Below are positions 46,371 to 56,212 of a stretch of DNA of 64,000 bases, piece after piece; within the stretch, counting starts at the first letter, position 1; every line of letters starts with the position of its first letter. Origin of the DNA: a virus (taxonomy: Duplodnaviria; Heunggongvirae; Uroviricota; Caudoviricetes); the IMG/VR virus record IMGVR_UViG_3300021255_000114, positions 1 through 64,000 of that record, one strand, 5' to 3'. The position numbers and the translations under genes are program-made. The notes under the pieces were generated by a model. The model searched no databases, had not been told where the DNA came from, and saw nothing but the letters and a program-made list of their open reading frames with translations.

Positions 46371-46649
46371 TTAGAATTTGAAAGCATCAGGGAGTGTAAG
46401 TGTTGGTTGTGAACCCTTTCCTACTGCATAGTTCATAAGATCTGAACGGTAGGCAAGCAGCACTCCAAGTGCCTGTACATTGAGTTTCATTTCGTCTAAC
46501 TCAGCCTGATTGGTTTTGGTTCCAAAGAAGGTCTCATATTCATAGGTGCTGTTGATAGCCCCCATAATGTTTTCGTTTGAACGTATTTTTCTTTGAACAT
46601 GGTCGATCATTTTGTCGAGAACATCCAATTCATTTTTAATGTCAGTCAT
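46371..46649 (-). CDS. Hypothetical protein (92 aa)
   Basis: First gene after the TATTTATA motif at 46670-46677. Confidence 0.6.
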   Translation of the reverse strand: MTDIKNELDVLDKMIDHVQRKIRSNENIMGAINSTYEYETFFGTKTNQAELDEMKLNVQALGVLLAYRSDLMNYAVGKGSQPTLTLPDAFKF

Positions 46650-46669
46650 TTTTCAATATTCTTATTACA

Positions 46670-46677
46670 TATAAATA
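46670..46677 (-). promoter_or_regulatory. Putative late promoter TATTTATA
   Basis: Recurring motif 21 nt upstream of ATG 46649. Confidence 0.55.
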
Positions 46678-46721
46678 TGGAGGTTGAGAAAAACAATAAC
46701 AATCTGTTAGATTAATTTAAC

Positions 46722-47306
46722 ATGACAAAGATTAAACAACCGAAACGGCCAAGCAATAATGCCACAAATAAAAAGACAACCACGCCAAAGAAGAAGACCA
46801 TAAAGAAACCAAGGATTAGGCAAGCATACGGTACATCTAAACTTGAAGCATACTTTGCAACGGAATTTCTTGACAAACTTGGTCTTAACTACATTTACGA
46901 ATATGAGGCGAAGGATATAAAACGTTTCTATGATTTCGCTATAGTAGCCGTTCCACAGGAAACACAGCCAATATATGAGGAAAAACACGGAGTGAAATGT
47001 ATAGACTACATGAAGAACACAGTACGTACATTATTTCTTATTGAGGTTGATGGTGAACATTGGCACCCGGATTTAAATAAAGTTAAATGGGATGAACTTT
47101 CTCCAATGCAGAAGCATAATGCCATGGTGGACAAGATAAAAAACGAATGGTGTGTAAAGCACAGAATTCCGTTGTTACGTTTTTGGGAGAGCGACATACG
47201 AAACAATCCAAGTATGGTTTTAAAAGAACTTAAGGAAATGTTGGATAAACTATCAAAGCGTGATCAAATTAAAGCGGGTTTAAACAGGCCACATCCAAGG
47301 CACTGA
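46722..47306 (+). CDS. Vsr/DUF559-like PD-(D/E)XK endonuclease
   Basis: SKLE, YDF, LIEVDGEHWH and D..KN.W....IPLLRFWESDI. Confidence 0.8.
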   Translation: MTKIKQPKRPSNNATNKKTTTPKKKTIKKPRIRQAYGTSKLEAYFATEFLDKLGLNYIYEYEAKDIKRFYDFAIVAVPQETQPIYEEKHGVKCIDYMKNTVRTLFLIEVDGEHWHPDLNKVKWDELSPMQKHNAMVDKIKNEWCVKHRIPLLRFWESDIRNNPSMVLKELKEMLDKLSKRDQIKAGLNRPHPRH

Positions 47307-47357
47307 ATTTGGAAAAATTAAATTCTTATACTATATTTTATATAAATTGGATATATT

Positions 47358-47864
47358 ATGGAACAAACTCCGAAATATAAATTAGGGCAGAAGGTATGGT
47401 TCGTTGCAGAGAACGAAAACGTGTGTTACGGGATAATCAACACCATAACACCTGTTAACTATACTTTTAATTATAACATAAAAATGAACCTTCACAGTAT
47501 AGGTGAGGTTGTAAAGAACACTGTATGGGAAGAAGATATTTTAGGAGACTACAACGATGACATTGTCGATATTATAAATTATGCCGCAAATCATGGAGTC
47601 GAAAAAGAATTAGATCAACTAATTTTAAAAAGACTTTTCAGTCTAGGTGTTTTAAATAGAAAAGAAAACAACAAACAATTTGAAAGTATTTTTAAAAATG
47701 AACTTGTTGGTGGAGCAGAACGAGTAATATTATCTCCTGGAAAAATGGAAGAAATCGAAGACGCAATGTATGATGAAAACGGTTGGAAAAATATAGGCAA
47801 TGGATTAAAAATGGACAGGCATGGAAATATTGCAGGAGGACTAAAACCTTCTAATAATAATTAA
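47358..47864 (+). CDS. Hypothetical protein, N-terminal SH3/KOW-like
   Basis: PKYKLGQKVWF...G.I motif. Confidence 0.6.
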   Translation: MEQTPKYKLGQKVWFVAENENVCYGIINTITPVNYTFNYNIKMNLHSIGEVVKNTVWEEDILGDYNDDIVDIINYAANHGVEKELDQLILKRLFSLGVLNRKENNKQFESIFKNELVGGAERVILSPGKMEEIEDAMYDENGWKNIGNGLKMDRHGNIAGGLKPSNNN

Positions 47865-47881
47865 TTATACATTAAAAAAAA

Positions 47882-48490
47882 ATGAATAGAACCCCAGGTA
47901 AAGATTCTACGATTACGCTTTTAGTCCCATATAGCAATGGCGATGCTGTCAAAGGTTTCAAATATGAAGGAGGTGACATTACGGAACAGCAGTACAGCCG
48001 GCTTATGGTTGATACATACAACAAATACAAAAACGGTGTATGGGATACATACATTGAGCGTGCCGGTATGAATATGGCAATCAACAATTACGAAAAAGAA
48101 ATAGTCCATTATGCACAGCAGCAATATTACTTTGACGAAACAAAGGTTGACATATTCAACGCTGCCGGTGGTGATATAACCATTGATGAACTTATTTCAT
48201 ATTATCAGAGCAGAACCCCATTCATTCTTATTGTGGATATGTACAAGATGAGTGAAAATCCGGATCTTGAGACTGACATGAAGTCATGGCTAAGAGAATG
48301 CGTGAAAATCAAAAGCAACCCACATTTCTCAGATGCGGAGAAAATCCAATATTCAAGCAAAAAGAATTTGAAGATAAAATTCGATGACGCTAAAAGTCAG
48401 GCGATATTACAAAACTGCAAAATGATGGATTACAAAAACAACCATAAATTTGTATTCATCGTGGAGAAGATAATATTTGTTACCGGTTGA
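47882..48490 (+). CDS. Hypothetical protein (202 aa)
   Basis: ORF with an A-rich leader. Confidence 0.65.
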   Translation: MNRTPGKDSTITLLVPYSNGDAVKGFKYEGGDITEQQYSRLMVDTYNKYKNGVWDTYIERAGMNMAINNYEKEIVHYAQQQYYFDETKVDIFNAAGGDITIDELISYYQSRTPFILIVDMYKMSENPDLETDMKSWLRECVKIKSNPHFSDAEKIQYSSKKNLKIKFDDAKSQAILQNCKMMDYKNNHKFVFIVEKIIFVTG

Positions 48491-48547
48491 TAAAAATTTA
48501 TAAAATAAACCATATTTAAAAAGAATAATATTTTAAAACAAAAACAT

Positions 48548-49114
48548 ATGACAATATTTAGTTTATTTAAGAAAAAGAAAAATAACTCATCACCGGTTAC
48601 CAAGAATGATAATGCCGAAACATCATCAACCGAAACAGGAGAACCCGTAATGAACGAAGAGAATCTCGGCTACACCGACAATTATCAGAACAAAACCGCT
48701 ATGACAACCCCGAGCAACAACGAGCCTGGCAAGAACGTCAAGAGCATTGAAGGTTCAATAACCGGTAACTCAAATAAACCCGTCGTTACGGAAAAGAAGA
48801 GACTTGGACAGATAGACGTAACATATCACATAGACAGTGAGACCCCATCATGGGTAAATGACGTTAATATCGGAGACAAGGATTTGGCCGGTTCATCAAA
48901 TGTTATTATCGACAATATTGAAGCATACCCAAATTTGAAACGTTCAAAAGAACTTTTAGATAAACTCAATATGAGGGATAAACATGGTGATTTCAAAACC
49001 GAGTGTATTAAATTTCAGAATGAATTGAGAAGCGAATCAGAGAAGATTGCTTCCATGACCGAATCATTCATTGAAAGGGTGAATAAATATATGAACGATA
49101 CAAATGTACTTTAA
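48548..49114 (+). CDS. Hypothetical protein (188 aa)
   Basis: Amphipathic N-terminus IFSLFKKKK followed by a disordered region. Confidence 0.6.
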   Translation: MTIFSLFKKKKNNSSPVTKNDNAETSSTETGEPVMNEENLGYTDNYQNKTAMTTPSNNEPGKNVKSIEGSITGNSNKPVVTEKKRLGQIDVTYHIDSETPSWVNDVNIGDKDLAGSSNVIIDNIEAYPNLKRSKELLDKLNMRDKHGDFKTECIKFQNELRSESEKIASMTESFIERVNKYMNDTNVL

Positions 49115-49457
49115 TATGGATTATACAAAAAAATATAATAGTTTTCTTGAAAGTCTTGAAAGACAAATGTCTCCTGATGAGGAACGCGAAAGTCAAAACA
49201 TCTATGAAGGATGGAGAAATGGAAATCGCCTCTCAGACCTTGAGTTGGCAATGTTCATGTCTGATAAATTGGATAATATCACAAAAATCATGCATGAGAG
49301 TGACAGACTTCGTACTAGAGACGGTAAAGTTTCCAGAATCACCATAACTGAGACAACGAACAACAACGGAGACAATGAAAAACTAAGAAAGGAAATTGAT
49401 GACCTTAAAGGCGATATTAAGGAACTCAAAGAATTATTAATTAACAAACTATCATAA
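49104..49457 (+). CDS. Hypothetical coiled-coil protein
   Basis: C-terminal leucine-zipper-like heptads. Confidence 0.6.
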   Translation: MYFNMDYTKKYNSFLESLERQMSPDEERESQNIYEGWRNGNRLSDLELAMFMSDKLDNITKIMHESDRLRTRDGKVSRITITETTNNNGDNEKLRKEIDDLKGDIKELKELLINKLS

Positions 49458-49458
49458 A

Positions 49459-50148
49459 ATGAACGATAATAAATGCGATAATGATATTCCGCAGTGGAAA
49501 AAGGACCTCATGAAGTTTCGTGACGATTACAATGAGAAAGAAACAAATACCAAAAAGTATTCTGATACTTTAAAATATAGCAATCAGATGCTTGAAGAAT
49601 GTAAGCGTAAGAATTTTGAAAAGAACGAACCTTCGGTTGCAAAACACATCGCAGATGGCATCGATAAAGCGATTGACGAGAATAAGTGTGAAATCGAGAA
49701 ATGCGAGGAAAAAACATACCTTAAAAAGTTCGGTATTCTGACGGAGAATAAACAAACAACCAACTTTATGAATCCATTTGATAATGTTGATTTTAGTGAA
49801 TACAATGCAAACAACAGATTCTTAATTACAGTTGAGAGCGGTTTATTTAATGCAAAACCGGTTAATATCAGGTCTTTTTGGCATGATGATTTAAACAGGA
49901 TTAAAATTAATATGATTGAACCTATTGATCAGTGCCTTCCTATGTTGCTTGATACGAGTATCGATAAAGGCGTTACATATAAAATCACAAAGAGTATCAT
50001 AAAAGCCAAAGGTGAGATTGCATATTCGGTTGTATATACCGGTTGTAAAGTTATGGATTATACTGAATCAGCATTGGATTATAGTGATATAAACTTAAGA
50101 ACATTTACAATAACACTTGATTATAAAGACTATACCTATGATGTTTAA
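49459..50148 (+). CDS. Protein with C-terminal tail-tube (gp19)-like domain and helical N-terminus
   Basis: NNRFLI, KGEI.YS..YTGC and LDYSD....FTITLDY resemble myovirus tube motifs. Confidence 0.5.
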   Translation: MNDNKCDNDIPQWKKDLMKFRDDYNEKETNTKKYSDTLKYSNQMLEECKRKNFEKNEPSVAKHIADGIDKAIDENKCEIEKCEEKTYLKKFGILTENKQTTNFMNPFDNVDFSEYNANNRFLITVESGLFNAKPVNIRSFWHDDLNRIKINMIEPIDQCLPMLLDTSIDKGVTYKITKSIIKAKGEIAYSVVYTGCKVMDYTESALDYSDINLRTFTITLDYKDYTYDV

Positions 50149-51346
50149 CAGGAAAAAGGATTTAATTCAACAACATATCACCTTAAAGGAAATATTCAAA
50201 CAACACTATAGTGACTTGTCGTCTAATGAACGTAACGATGTAAGACAGGCAATTTTCGACCTTGAGGAAGTTATTTGCGATAGGTACGGGCTATGTAATA
50301 ACATATATAACCCGTATAAGTATATTTTTGCAAACGCATCATCTTCAATAGTTTCAGAGAAGATGTTGGAAATTATCGACAAACTTACAGTTAGCAATAA
50401 AGATTTGCTTATTACAAAAACACGCGCTTGCGGGGTTACTAATATATTGGCTACATTTGTTATGTGGACATGCCTCAACGAGAAACCAAAGGATACGGAT
50501 ACCATTTGGGTTGTAACACCAAATTGGAGCATGTCTGAGGAATTCAACGAAAAGTTAAGAATAAAACTATCTAATATAGGAAACAAGCCATCGATATGCA
50601 ATAAGAAAGAAATCGAATTCAATGATTGGAAAATCCGATTCATGACTACAAACGGTGATTTTAGGAATATAGTTAATGAAAAGAAACCATATATGATTGT
50701 TATGGACGAAGTTAATTTTGATTTAAATAGGAAATTGAATTTTGAAGCCCTGCTGCGTGATTATTATTCCAACGTTCGTGTGATTGAGGCTATGACACGC
50801 AGGGATGACGAAATTAATCGATATATTAGGGATGGTCATAAGGTAAAAAGAATTGGAAGTGTAAACATCCAATGGTTTCACGACCTTAAAAAATGTAAAG
50901 GTTTGAGATTTGAACGAACACTTAAAGGAATTGAAAATATAATCAGGATATCAGAGGAAGATATCCCAACGGTTGTCGGTAATGATGATTATCTTTATAG
51001 GATGTTCGAAGAGGGTTGGAGATTGAATAGTGATTGGCTCGAAAATTGGGATAAAATGCACATTAAAGAATATGGTGATGAAGACAAAGCAGTTGAACCT
51101 GTATCAAAGTCTGAAATTATTTCAGCAATAAACAAGGCCGTGACAGAACTCTGTGAAATAACAGATTTTAAAGTATATACTTCAAACACATATGCCGGAA
51201 TTGTTGAATTTTTCAAGAATTGTGAGACGATTGAAGATGTTGAGAATATGAAGAAGAAACTGATGGCATTAATAAATCCGGTTGGAAAAAAGAAGGAAAA
51301 CATAAATGGATATGTGAATTTATTGAAGGACGTTTTTGAACTTTAA
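50138..51346 (+). CDS. Degenerate terminase large-subunit ATPase-like protein, no nuclease domain; likely start 50138
   Basis: ITKTRACGVT (cf. KSRQ.G.ST Walker A), IVMDE (Walker B), IQWFHD and GW...S.W.E. Confidence 0.55.
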   Translation: MMFNRKKDLIQQHITLKEIFKQHYSDLSSNERNDVRQAIFDLEEVICDRYGLCNNIYNPYKYIFANASSSIVSEKMLEIIDKLTVSNKDLLITKTRACGVTNILATFVMWTCLNEKPKDTDTIWVVTPNWSMSEEFNEKLRIKLSNIGNKPSICNKKEIEFNDWKIRFMTTNGDFRNIVNEKKPYMIVMDEVNFDLNRKLNFEALLRDYYSNVRVIEAMTRRDDEINRYIRDGHKVKRIGSVNIQWFHDLKKCKGLRFERTLKGIENIIRISEEDIPTVVGNDDYLYRMFEEGWRLNSDWLENWDKMHIKEYGDEDKAVEPVSKSEIISAINKAVTELCEITDFKVYTSNTYAGIVEFFKNCETIEDVENMKKKLMALINPVGKKKENINGYVNLLKDVFEL

Positions 51347-51379
51347 ACTATATATATTTTAGCAAACACACATTAGATT

Positions 51380-53017
51380 ATGTCAACAAGGGAAGAAAAA
51401 GAAAAACAGCAGCAGATTTTGGAATCAAAACGCCAAATGACCAATTCCAATGCTGAAAAAAGCCAAAGGGATAAAGAGGTCATTGCATTGAAGGCCGCAA
51501 ACCAAATGCTTGAAGATGCAAAGGAAAATATCCGTGAGAAATGGCACGATGATCCATCAACAATGAATCGTCTTCTTGGATATATTGATAATGCAGAGGA
51601 ACAGAATATTGAAAAGGGCCGTTACCAATACAACGCATCTGAGGCCGAAATCAATAATTCAACATACAACGAGGTCTCGAAGTCTTGGGAGGAAAAATAT
51701 CAGAAACATCTTGAGAATAAGGGTATTACTGACGAGGAAATGCGTGCTAAATCAAGTGATGACGCAGCAGGTAAAGGTGTTAAAGTAATTATGAGTTCTA
51801 ATAGCAAGAAGGAAAAAGAAGGAAAGTGGTTTTCATTCAGGAAGAAGAAACCAGAAGTTGACAATAATGGTGAAGAAATCATAACCGAAATAGATAATGC
51901 CAAACGTACTCAAATAGGAAACGGTTACATTCCGGATACCGAAGAGGATAATGTTTCACCTGAAAAATTCATGAAGGAAATGGAACAGAAAGTTGAAAAA
52001 CAGAAAAACAATACATCAAACGATGAAAATGCAACAAAACCTATTGTTGATGTAAATGATAAAATCGAACAAAAACTCGATATCAAGGAACGTAGCAAAG
52101 TTTATGAATATCCTGAGTTTGATCCGTTAACCGTAAACCCGTTGACCCGATATGACATTATTGAATTACCATCACATGGAGAATGTTATGCACATAAGAA
52201 GGGACGTATTCCTGTAAGGGAACTTACTGCATCGGACGAGAATTTGATTGCTTCACCTAATATGTACGCAAACGGTCAATTGATTGAAACAATCCTTAGA
52301 AGATGTATTCTGGATAAGAATTTCAATGTTGATGAAATGTGCACCGGTGATAGGGATGCGGTTGTCATGTGGCTAAGGGCAACGGCATATGGCCCGGAAT
52401 ATAATGTTTCGGCTGTTAATCCGGATAATGGAAAAACATATAAAAGTACAATTAACTTATCCGATTTCCAGTTTAAAGTATTTGACCTGAAGGGTGACGA
52501 GAACGGTTATTTTGACTACACATTTGAGAATGGTGATGTTGCAAAATTCAAGATTCTTTCGTTTAAGGAAACCAATAAATTACAAGAAGATATTGCATTA
52601 CAATATATTAATCAGAAAAAATATACTGTTTACCAAAAGATAAAAGATATTAAATATCAAGTTGATGAAGTATTCAAAAACGAAACTGGTGATGAAATAT
52701 TGAATGACGCAATTGACTATATTTATGATTGGGCTAACAATGATTCACTTATAAAAGATGAAAATACGTTATATAGTAATTTCATGACTAGTTCTTTGAC
52801 AAAAAGGACTATTTCAATAAATGGAATTGAAGACTCGGAGTATATTGAAAATTATATCAATGAACTGCGAATTGCTGAATCAAAAAAATATCGCGAATAT
52901 ATATTCAGTCACAATCCGGGTATTGACTTTTCAATTACTATGGAAATTCCTGAGTCGGATGGAGGCGGCTCCTTTGAGTCTACCTTTCAGTACGGAGAGA
53001 CTATATTCATTTCTTAA
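51380..53017 (+). CDS. Baseplate hub assembly/tail chaperone protein (T4 gp26-like C-terminus) with long N-extension
   Basis: IELPS.G..Y, LTA.DE.LI, GDRDA...WLR.TAYG.EY and PGID. Confidence 0.7.
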   Translation: MSTREEKEKQQQILESKRQMTNSNAEKSQRDKEVIALKAANQMLEDAKENIREKWHDDPSTMNRLLGYIDNAEEQNIEKGRYQYNASEAEINNSTYNEVSKSWEEKYQKHLENKGITDEEMRAKSSDDAAGKGVKVIMSSNSKKEKEGKWFSFRKKKPEVDNNGEEIITEIDNAKRTQIGNGYIPDTEEDNVSPEKFMKEMEQKVEKQKNNTSNDENATKPIVDVNDKIEQKLDIKERSKVYEYPEFDPLTVNPLTRYDIIELPSHGECYAHKKGRIPVRELTASDENLIASPNMYANGQLIETILRRCILDKNFNVDEMCTGDRDAVVMWLRATAYGPEYNVSAVNPDNGKTYKSTINLSDFQFKVFDLKGDENGYFDYTFENGDVAKFKILSFKETNKLQEDIALQYINQKKYTVYQKIKDIKYQVDEVFKNETGDEILNDAIDYIYDWANNDSLIKDENTLYSNFMTSSLTKRTISINGIEDSEYIENYINELRIAESKKYREYIFSHNPGIDFSITMEIPESDGGGSFESTFQYGETIFIS

Positions 53018-53183
53018 AGAATTTAATGAACGCCATTTTAAAAACGAAATATGGTTATGTCATGAGTTCATGGAAATGGATATGAAAGATGTATATAATA
53101 TTCCTGTAAGTGATAGAAGAGAATTTATAAAGATTCATAATAAAATTGGAAGGGAACGTAAAGAAAAAATGGGCGGAAAATAA
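53010..53183 (+). CDS. Small tail-assembly-chaperone-like ORF (start uncertain, possibly reached by frameshift)
   Basis: EIW.CH.F......YN.P...RR.FI pattern. It overlaps the end of the hub gene in the +1 frame and sits directly before the tape measure. Confidence 0.5.
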   Translation, partial: FLKEFNERHFKNEIWLCHEFMEMDMKDVYNIPVSDRREFIKIHNKIGRERKEKMGGK

Positions 53184-53201
53184 TTGAAAAACCGCCCTTT
53201 T
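53171..53201 (+). terminator. Possible terminator
   Basis: GGGCGG...CCGCCC followed by TTTT. Confidence 0.45.
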
Positions 53202-53203
53202 AC

Positions 53204-53211
53204 TATTTATA
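53204..53211 (+). promoter_or_regulatory. Putative late promoter TATTTATA
   Basis: Recurring motif 22 nt upstream of the tape measure ATG. Confidence 0.55.
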
Positions 53212-53232
53212 AAAAAGACTATTTGGGTTTAT

Positions 53233-56184
53233 ATGGCTAAAACAATAGAAGATCTGGCTAATGAAATGAGTGCGCTGGCAGATGCAATAAATAGAAATAC
53301 AGCTGCAACAGATGCGGAACGTAAACAACTCGAGAAGGATGAATTAGAAATGAGTCGTTTTGAGGGTAAGGCCGGGTCTATGTTTGATAGACAAACTACT
53401 TTAAATAAAAGGTCATGGCAAGACAAAAGGAAAAAAAAATTCATCAATTCTTTAAAAAATAACGATAAAGCAGATGCCCAAAAAATAATAAAGGGTACTA
53501 AAGCAGCAAATTATGCCGGAATGATAGCTGGTGTCGCCACAGATGCCGCAAAAAAAATTGCTGATTTTGTGGTCAAAATGAAGGAGTTCGAAATTAAAGA
53601 ACAAAACATTAAACTTCAAGCTGCCGCAAAAAGCATGGAAGTGCAAAATGCTTTATATGGCTCTGCAATAAGTAAAGCAGTTTCTATCGGAGCTAATACA
53701 TTAGTTGGTGATATTAAAGATAGTACGTATTCTGCGATGGAAAATGTGATGGAGTTAGGAAAGCAAAATTTAACTTCAACCATTGAATTGTCAAGAATAC
53801 AATTTGATAAAGAAACAGATTTAAACATTAACGCAATACAGAAAAAGGCTGCTCAAGTAGGTGCTGTTGCCGATACGGTGTCCGGAGTACTGGAGGCAAT
53901 ACCAAATCCATATACAATGGTAATTGGTTCGGCAGTTTCTATAGCAAATTCCATTTTTCAGGCGTCAGCAGAAATTGATATTAAAAAAGCAGAGTTTGCA
54001 AAGGAAGCCAAGTCAGTTTTAAGTAATTTTCAGAAGGATATTATTGATAAAACTTATGAAGCAGTTAAACCAATTCTTGACTTAACAAAAAGTGTTGATA
54101 AATTGTTAATGGAACTTGACAATAATGCACACATTGTGGGACGGGGTTTTGGTTTTTACGGTAGGCAATTAGATAATTATATCAATGCTTCGTCAAAATT
54201 AAATCTTGATATGGCTGAAATGGGTAAAACATTTGAGGATTTGAAAAAATCACAAGAGGCATATGTATCAGCCAGTGGACGTAATCTTTTGATGAATGGT
54301 AAAGAAGGTCAACAATTATCATCATTAGATACCTTATTTAATTTAGGTGATAATGAGACGGCACAATTGATGGGCGCAATGAATATTTTCAACACCTCTA
54401 TTGAGAGCGGTTCGGATATGATGTTTGAAATGTACAAAACCGCGAATAAAATGGGTGTTTCAAATCAGAAGTTTGCTAAAGATTTGCAAAAAAATCTTAA
54501 ACTTGCCGAAAAATATCAATTCAAAGGTGGCGTCGAAGGTATGATGAAAATGTCATTATGGGCACAAAAAGTTCGTTTTAACATGGATAGTTTATCAGCA
54601 GCTCTTGATAAAATGCATACAGGTAATATAGAGGATGTTATTCAAACAAGTGCCCGTCTTAATGTTCTTGGTGGCAATGCAGGATTACTATCAGATCCAA
54701 TGGCCATGTTGTATAATGCTTATGCTGATCCGGAACAGTATGCAAAAAACATGCAGCAAATGGTTGCTGGATTTGGTCATTTTAATAGTAAAACCGGTGA
54801 AACTGAATTCAATATTAATGAACAAATGCGTATGGAGGCTATGGCTTCTGCTATGGGTGTCTCTAAAGAAGAATTCTTTAATATGGCACGTCAAACCAAA
54901 AAAGAAGGCGTTTTAAAAAAAGAATTTGGAAATCGTTTTGATCAAGATCAAATGGATTTACTTACTCAACATGCAACATATGATAGAAAAAATAAAGAAT
55001 GGGTTGTTAATGTTGTTGGTAAAAATGGGGAGGTTGAGCAAAAAAGTGTAAATGATTTAAATGATGATGATTTAAAAAGTATATTTCCTGAAGATACACA
55101 AGAGCAATTAGTAGAGTACACTAAGGGGATATATAGTTTACTACAGGAGCAACATGTTGTTGAAGCCACAAATAAGGCTGAGATAATGGATAGAACACAG
55201 AAAACGCATAAAACTGAAACACTTAGACAACATGGAATAACAGCGTCACACTATGAGAATAATATGGATGCTTATACTAAAGAGATTCAAAAAGGTTTTC
55301 GATTTTCTACAAATTCATTAGAAGCATCTTTACAGATGACTGAGGAACTCTTAAATAATATCGATGAAAACGGTTCATTAACTGATAAATATTATAAAGC
55401 ATCATTAACCAGTGTTCAACAAATATCAGGGCAAATAGTAACATTTCAGGATGCTATGGGTAATATGTTGGAAAATAATTTTCAGGCTGTGTTGGATGCA
55501 ATGGCGGTTTTGAATCCCGATGCTGCCGCAGAATTTCAAGCAGGTAGTTTATATTCTGAAATTCAAGCAATGAAAAATGCGGATAAAGTTGAAGATTATG
55601 AGTCTGTATTAGGAAGACGTGTTGGAATGAGTGGTTCAAAAGCATATGATATTGTTAAAAAGATGAATTATGATGTAGATGAAATGAACGGGATTTATGG
55701 AAGAACTGATGATGATAGAATGATGGCTAGTATGCTGGCTGATCCTGAAGTTTATGGGCATAAAATCAATGGTGTTGAATATATTTTTAGACATGGTGCC
55801 GCTATTTTGGACGATAATAATCAAATGTTGAAGGTTCCTAGAGAATTTGTTGGTAAATTAAAAAGAGCAAATGATTTAATTATATCACCAAAACATGGTA
55901 TTTTCCAATTAGATCCTGAAGATACAATTACTGCAAGTAAACCAGGTGGTTCATTAGACCGTGCGGAACAGCGTATAAACAGAAGTCCCGAAAATCTTAA
56001 TTTAACCGTAAATGGGACATTAACATTATCAACTGGTAAACAAAGTATAGATTTATTAGATGTATTAAGAAACGACCCGAATGCCTTAAGAGAGTTGGCA
56101 AAGGAAATCATTGTTGAAGGCAGCAGAACGACATTCGGTGGCAAACATCAATGGGCTCCAAACCGTTACACATTTGGAAATTAA
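53233..56184 (+). CDS. Tape measure protein
   Basis: Long Ala/Met/Lys-rich helical protein with A.L.VLGG...DP..M.Y and C-terminal D.II.......D.I.A.KPGG. Located between chaperone and baseplate genes. Confidence 0.8.
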   Translation: MAKTIEDLANEMSALADAINRNTAATDAERKQLEKDELEMSRFEGKAGSMFDRQTTLNKRSWQDKRKKKFINSLKNNDKADAQKIIKGTKAANYAGMIAGVATDAAKKIADFVVKMKEFEIKEQNIKLQAAAKSMEVQNALYGSAISKAVSIGANTLVGDIKDSTYSAMENVMELGKQNLTSTIELSRIQFDKETDLNINAIQKKAAQVGAVADTVSGVLEAIPNPYTMVIGSAVSIANSIFQASAEIDIKKAEFAKEAKSVLSNFQKDIIDKTYEAVKPILDLTKSVDKLLMELDNNAHIVGRGFGFYGRQLDNYINASSKLNLDMAEMGKTFEDLKKSQEAYVSASGRNLLMNGKEGQQLSSLDTLFNLGDNETAQLMGAMNIFNTSIESGSDMMFEMYKTANKMGVSNQKFAKDLQKNLKLAEKYQFKGGVEGMMKMSLWAQKVRFNMDSLSAALDKMHTGNIEDVIQTSARLNVLGGNAGLLSDPMAMLYNAYADPEQYAKNMQQMVAGFGHFNSKTGETEFNINEQMRMEAMASAMGVSKEEFFNMARQTKKEGVLKKEFGNRFDQDQMDLLTQHATYDRKNKEWVVNVVGKNGEVEQKSVNDLNDDDLKSIFPEDTQEQLVEYTKGIYSLLQEQHVVEATNKAEIMDRTQKTHKTETLRQHGITASHYENNMDAYTKEIQKGFRFSTNSLEASLQMTEELLNNIDENGSLTDKYYKASLTSVQQISGQIVTFQDAMGNMLENNFQAVLDAMAVLNPDAAAEFQAGSLYSEIQAMKNADKVEDYESVLGRRVGMSGSKAYDIVKKMNYDVDEMNGIYGRTDDDRMMASMLADPEVYGHKINGVEYIFRHGAAILDDNNQMLKVPREFVGKLKRANDLIISPKHGIFQLDPEDTITASKPGGSLDRAEQRINRSPENLNLTVNGTLTLSTGKQSIDLLDVLRNDPNALRELAKEIIVEGSRTTFGGKHQWAPNRYTFGN

Positions 56185-56212
56185 TAAATAGAATTAAAAG
56201 AAAGAATATATA

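Noticed and set aside
50138-51346. The phage's functional large terminase
   Set aside because: Walker A is degenerate and no C-terminal RNase H-like nuclease motifs are visible, so it is treated as a paralogue.
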